Shown here: positions 60,603 through 60,958 of the stretch, piece after piece
Layout: each line of letters begins with the position of its first letter
Numbering within the stretch: position 1 is the stretch's first letter
Assembly: GCA_016196605.1 (NCBI GenBank)
Contig: JACPXJ010000045.1
Location: 1 to 60,958, forward strand
Source of the DNA: Candidatus Nomurabacteria bacterium
GTDB taxonomy: Bacteria > Patescibacteriota > Minisyncoccia > Phycocordibacterales > UBA9973
Length of the DNA: 60,958 nt
Reading direction: 5' to 3'
The notes under the pieces: generated by a model
What the model was told of the DNA's origin: nothing
Database searches by the model: none
Seen by the model: only the letters and a program-made list of their open reading frames with translations
Made by a program: the position numbers and the translations under genes

Positions 60603-60616
60603 CAAAAAGAAAGAAG

Positions 60617-60646
60617 AAAAAACGGAAGCAAGGCTTCCGTTTTTTC
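60617..60646. terminator. bidirectional-looking intrinsic terminator
   Basis: aaaaaa-cggaagc-aag-gcttccg-tttttt. Confidence 0.7.
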
Positions 60647-60687
60647 TTCAAAAATACCCTTATTTCAAGGGTATTTTTGAAGATTCC

Positions 60688-60716
60688 TTGACTTTTACCT
60701 AATTTGGGTGTATAAT
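60688..60716 (+). promoter_or_regulatory. consensus sigma70-type promoter (TTGACT-17-TATAAT)
   Basis: ttgact at 60688-60693, a 17-nt spacer, tataat at 60711-60716. Followed by a structured region with no convincing ORF, running to the window end. Confidence 0.65.
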
Positions 60717-60958
60717 GTAAGGATAAGGTTAGTTCATTGAAAAGAGCGTGAGTATGGCTTTTTGGGCACACTTAAGTATGCGCTTATGAAGCCATACTTA
60801 GCAATAAGTTCGACAAATTTTACCCGCGAGGGTGTTGGGAGCGCAAGATGGCTCTCGTTGTTAGTGGCGGTAAAATGAGGTTCGGAATTTTCTTGGCATA
60901 CGCCAGGGACGGACTTCATAACAAAATCCAACGCCACCTTCGCGGGTGGCATAGTTCT

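Noticed and set aside
60734-60952. A 72-aa minus-strand ORF at the window end.
   Set aside because: It is antisense to the transcript predicted from the consensus promoter at 60688-60716. It has no start context or recognisable motifs, and the region looks structured and non-coding.

Overview
This window is mostly housekeeping chromosome. It appears to come from an uncultivated, small-genome bacterium, possibly Patescibacteria/CPR-like. That placement is an inference from gene content: several type IV pilin-like genes, YerC/TrpR-like and PaaX-like mini-regulators, a mitochondrial-type monomeric PheRS, fused or shortened core proteins, and one giant surface protein. The standard genetic code fits all long ORFs.

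Backbone genes are ligA, tRNA-Ser, an orphan OmpR-type regulator, a UvrD-type helicase-nuclease fusion, PheRS, gyrB, thrS, rpmF, a nusB-Nudix fusion, rnc, a short smc-like gene, rnr, rpsP-KH-trmD, rpoB-rpoC, dnaG-rpoD, tRNA-Thr, tsf-rpsB, proS, mreBC, tgt and a PLP decarboxylase.

The unusual content falls into five groups:
1. Several unrelated families of small palindromic or hairpin elements are scattered through the window. Many sit in-frame inside essential genes: ligA has four, and rpoB, dnaG, smc, tsf, tgt and a DUF192 gene each carry at least one.
2. Two REP-associated tyrosine transposase (RAYT)-like genes are each bracketed by their own cognate REP hairpin.
3. Four small DNA-binding protein genes are each bracketed by a gene-specific palindrome pair. 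One of them is interrupted by an in-frame TAG at a conserved Trp position.
4. A roughly 100-nt hairpin element family has a conserved core but copy-specific complementary arms. I found five copies, all in the last 12 kb, and one is in-frame in tgt.
5. A roughly 7.4-kb segment is bounded by 44-nt inverted repeats. It contains two large upstream hairpins, a 2130-aa protein (N-terminal HTH, TM helix, collagen-like triplets, repetitive fibre region, S74-type intramolecular chaperone domain, extra tail) and hicBA.

All calls come from reading the sequence and the ORF track. No searches or computations were run, and coordinates of small elements may be off by a few nucleotides.
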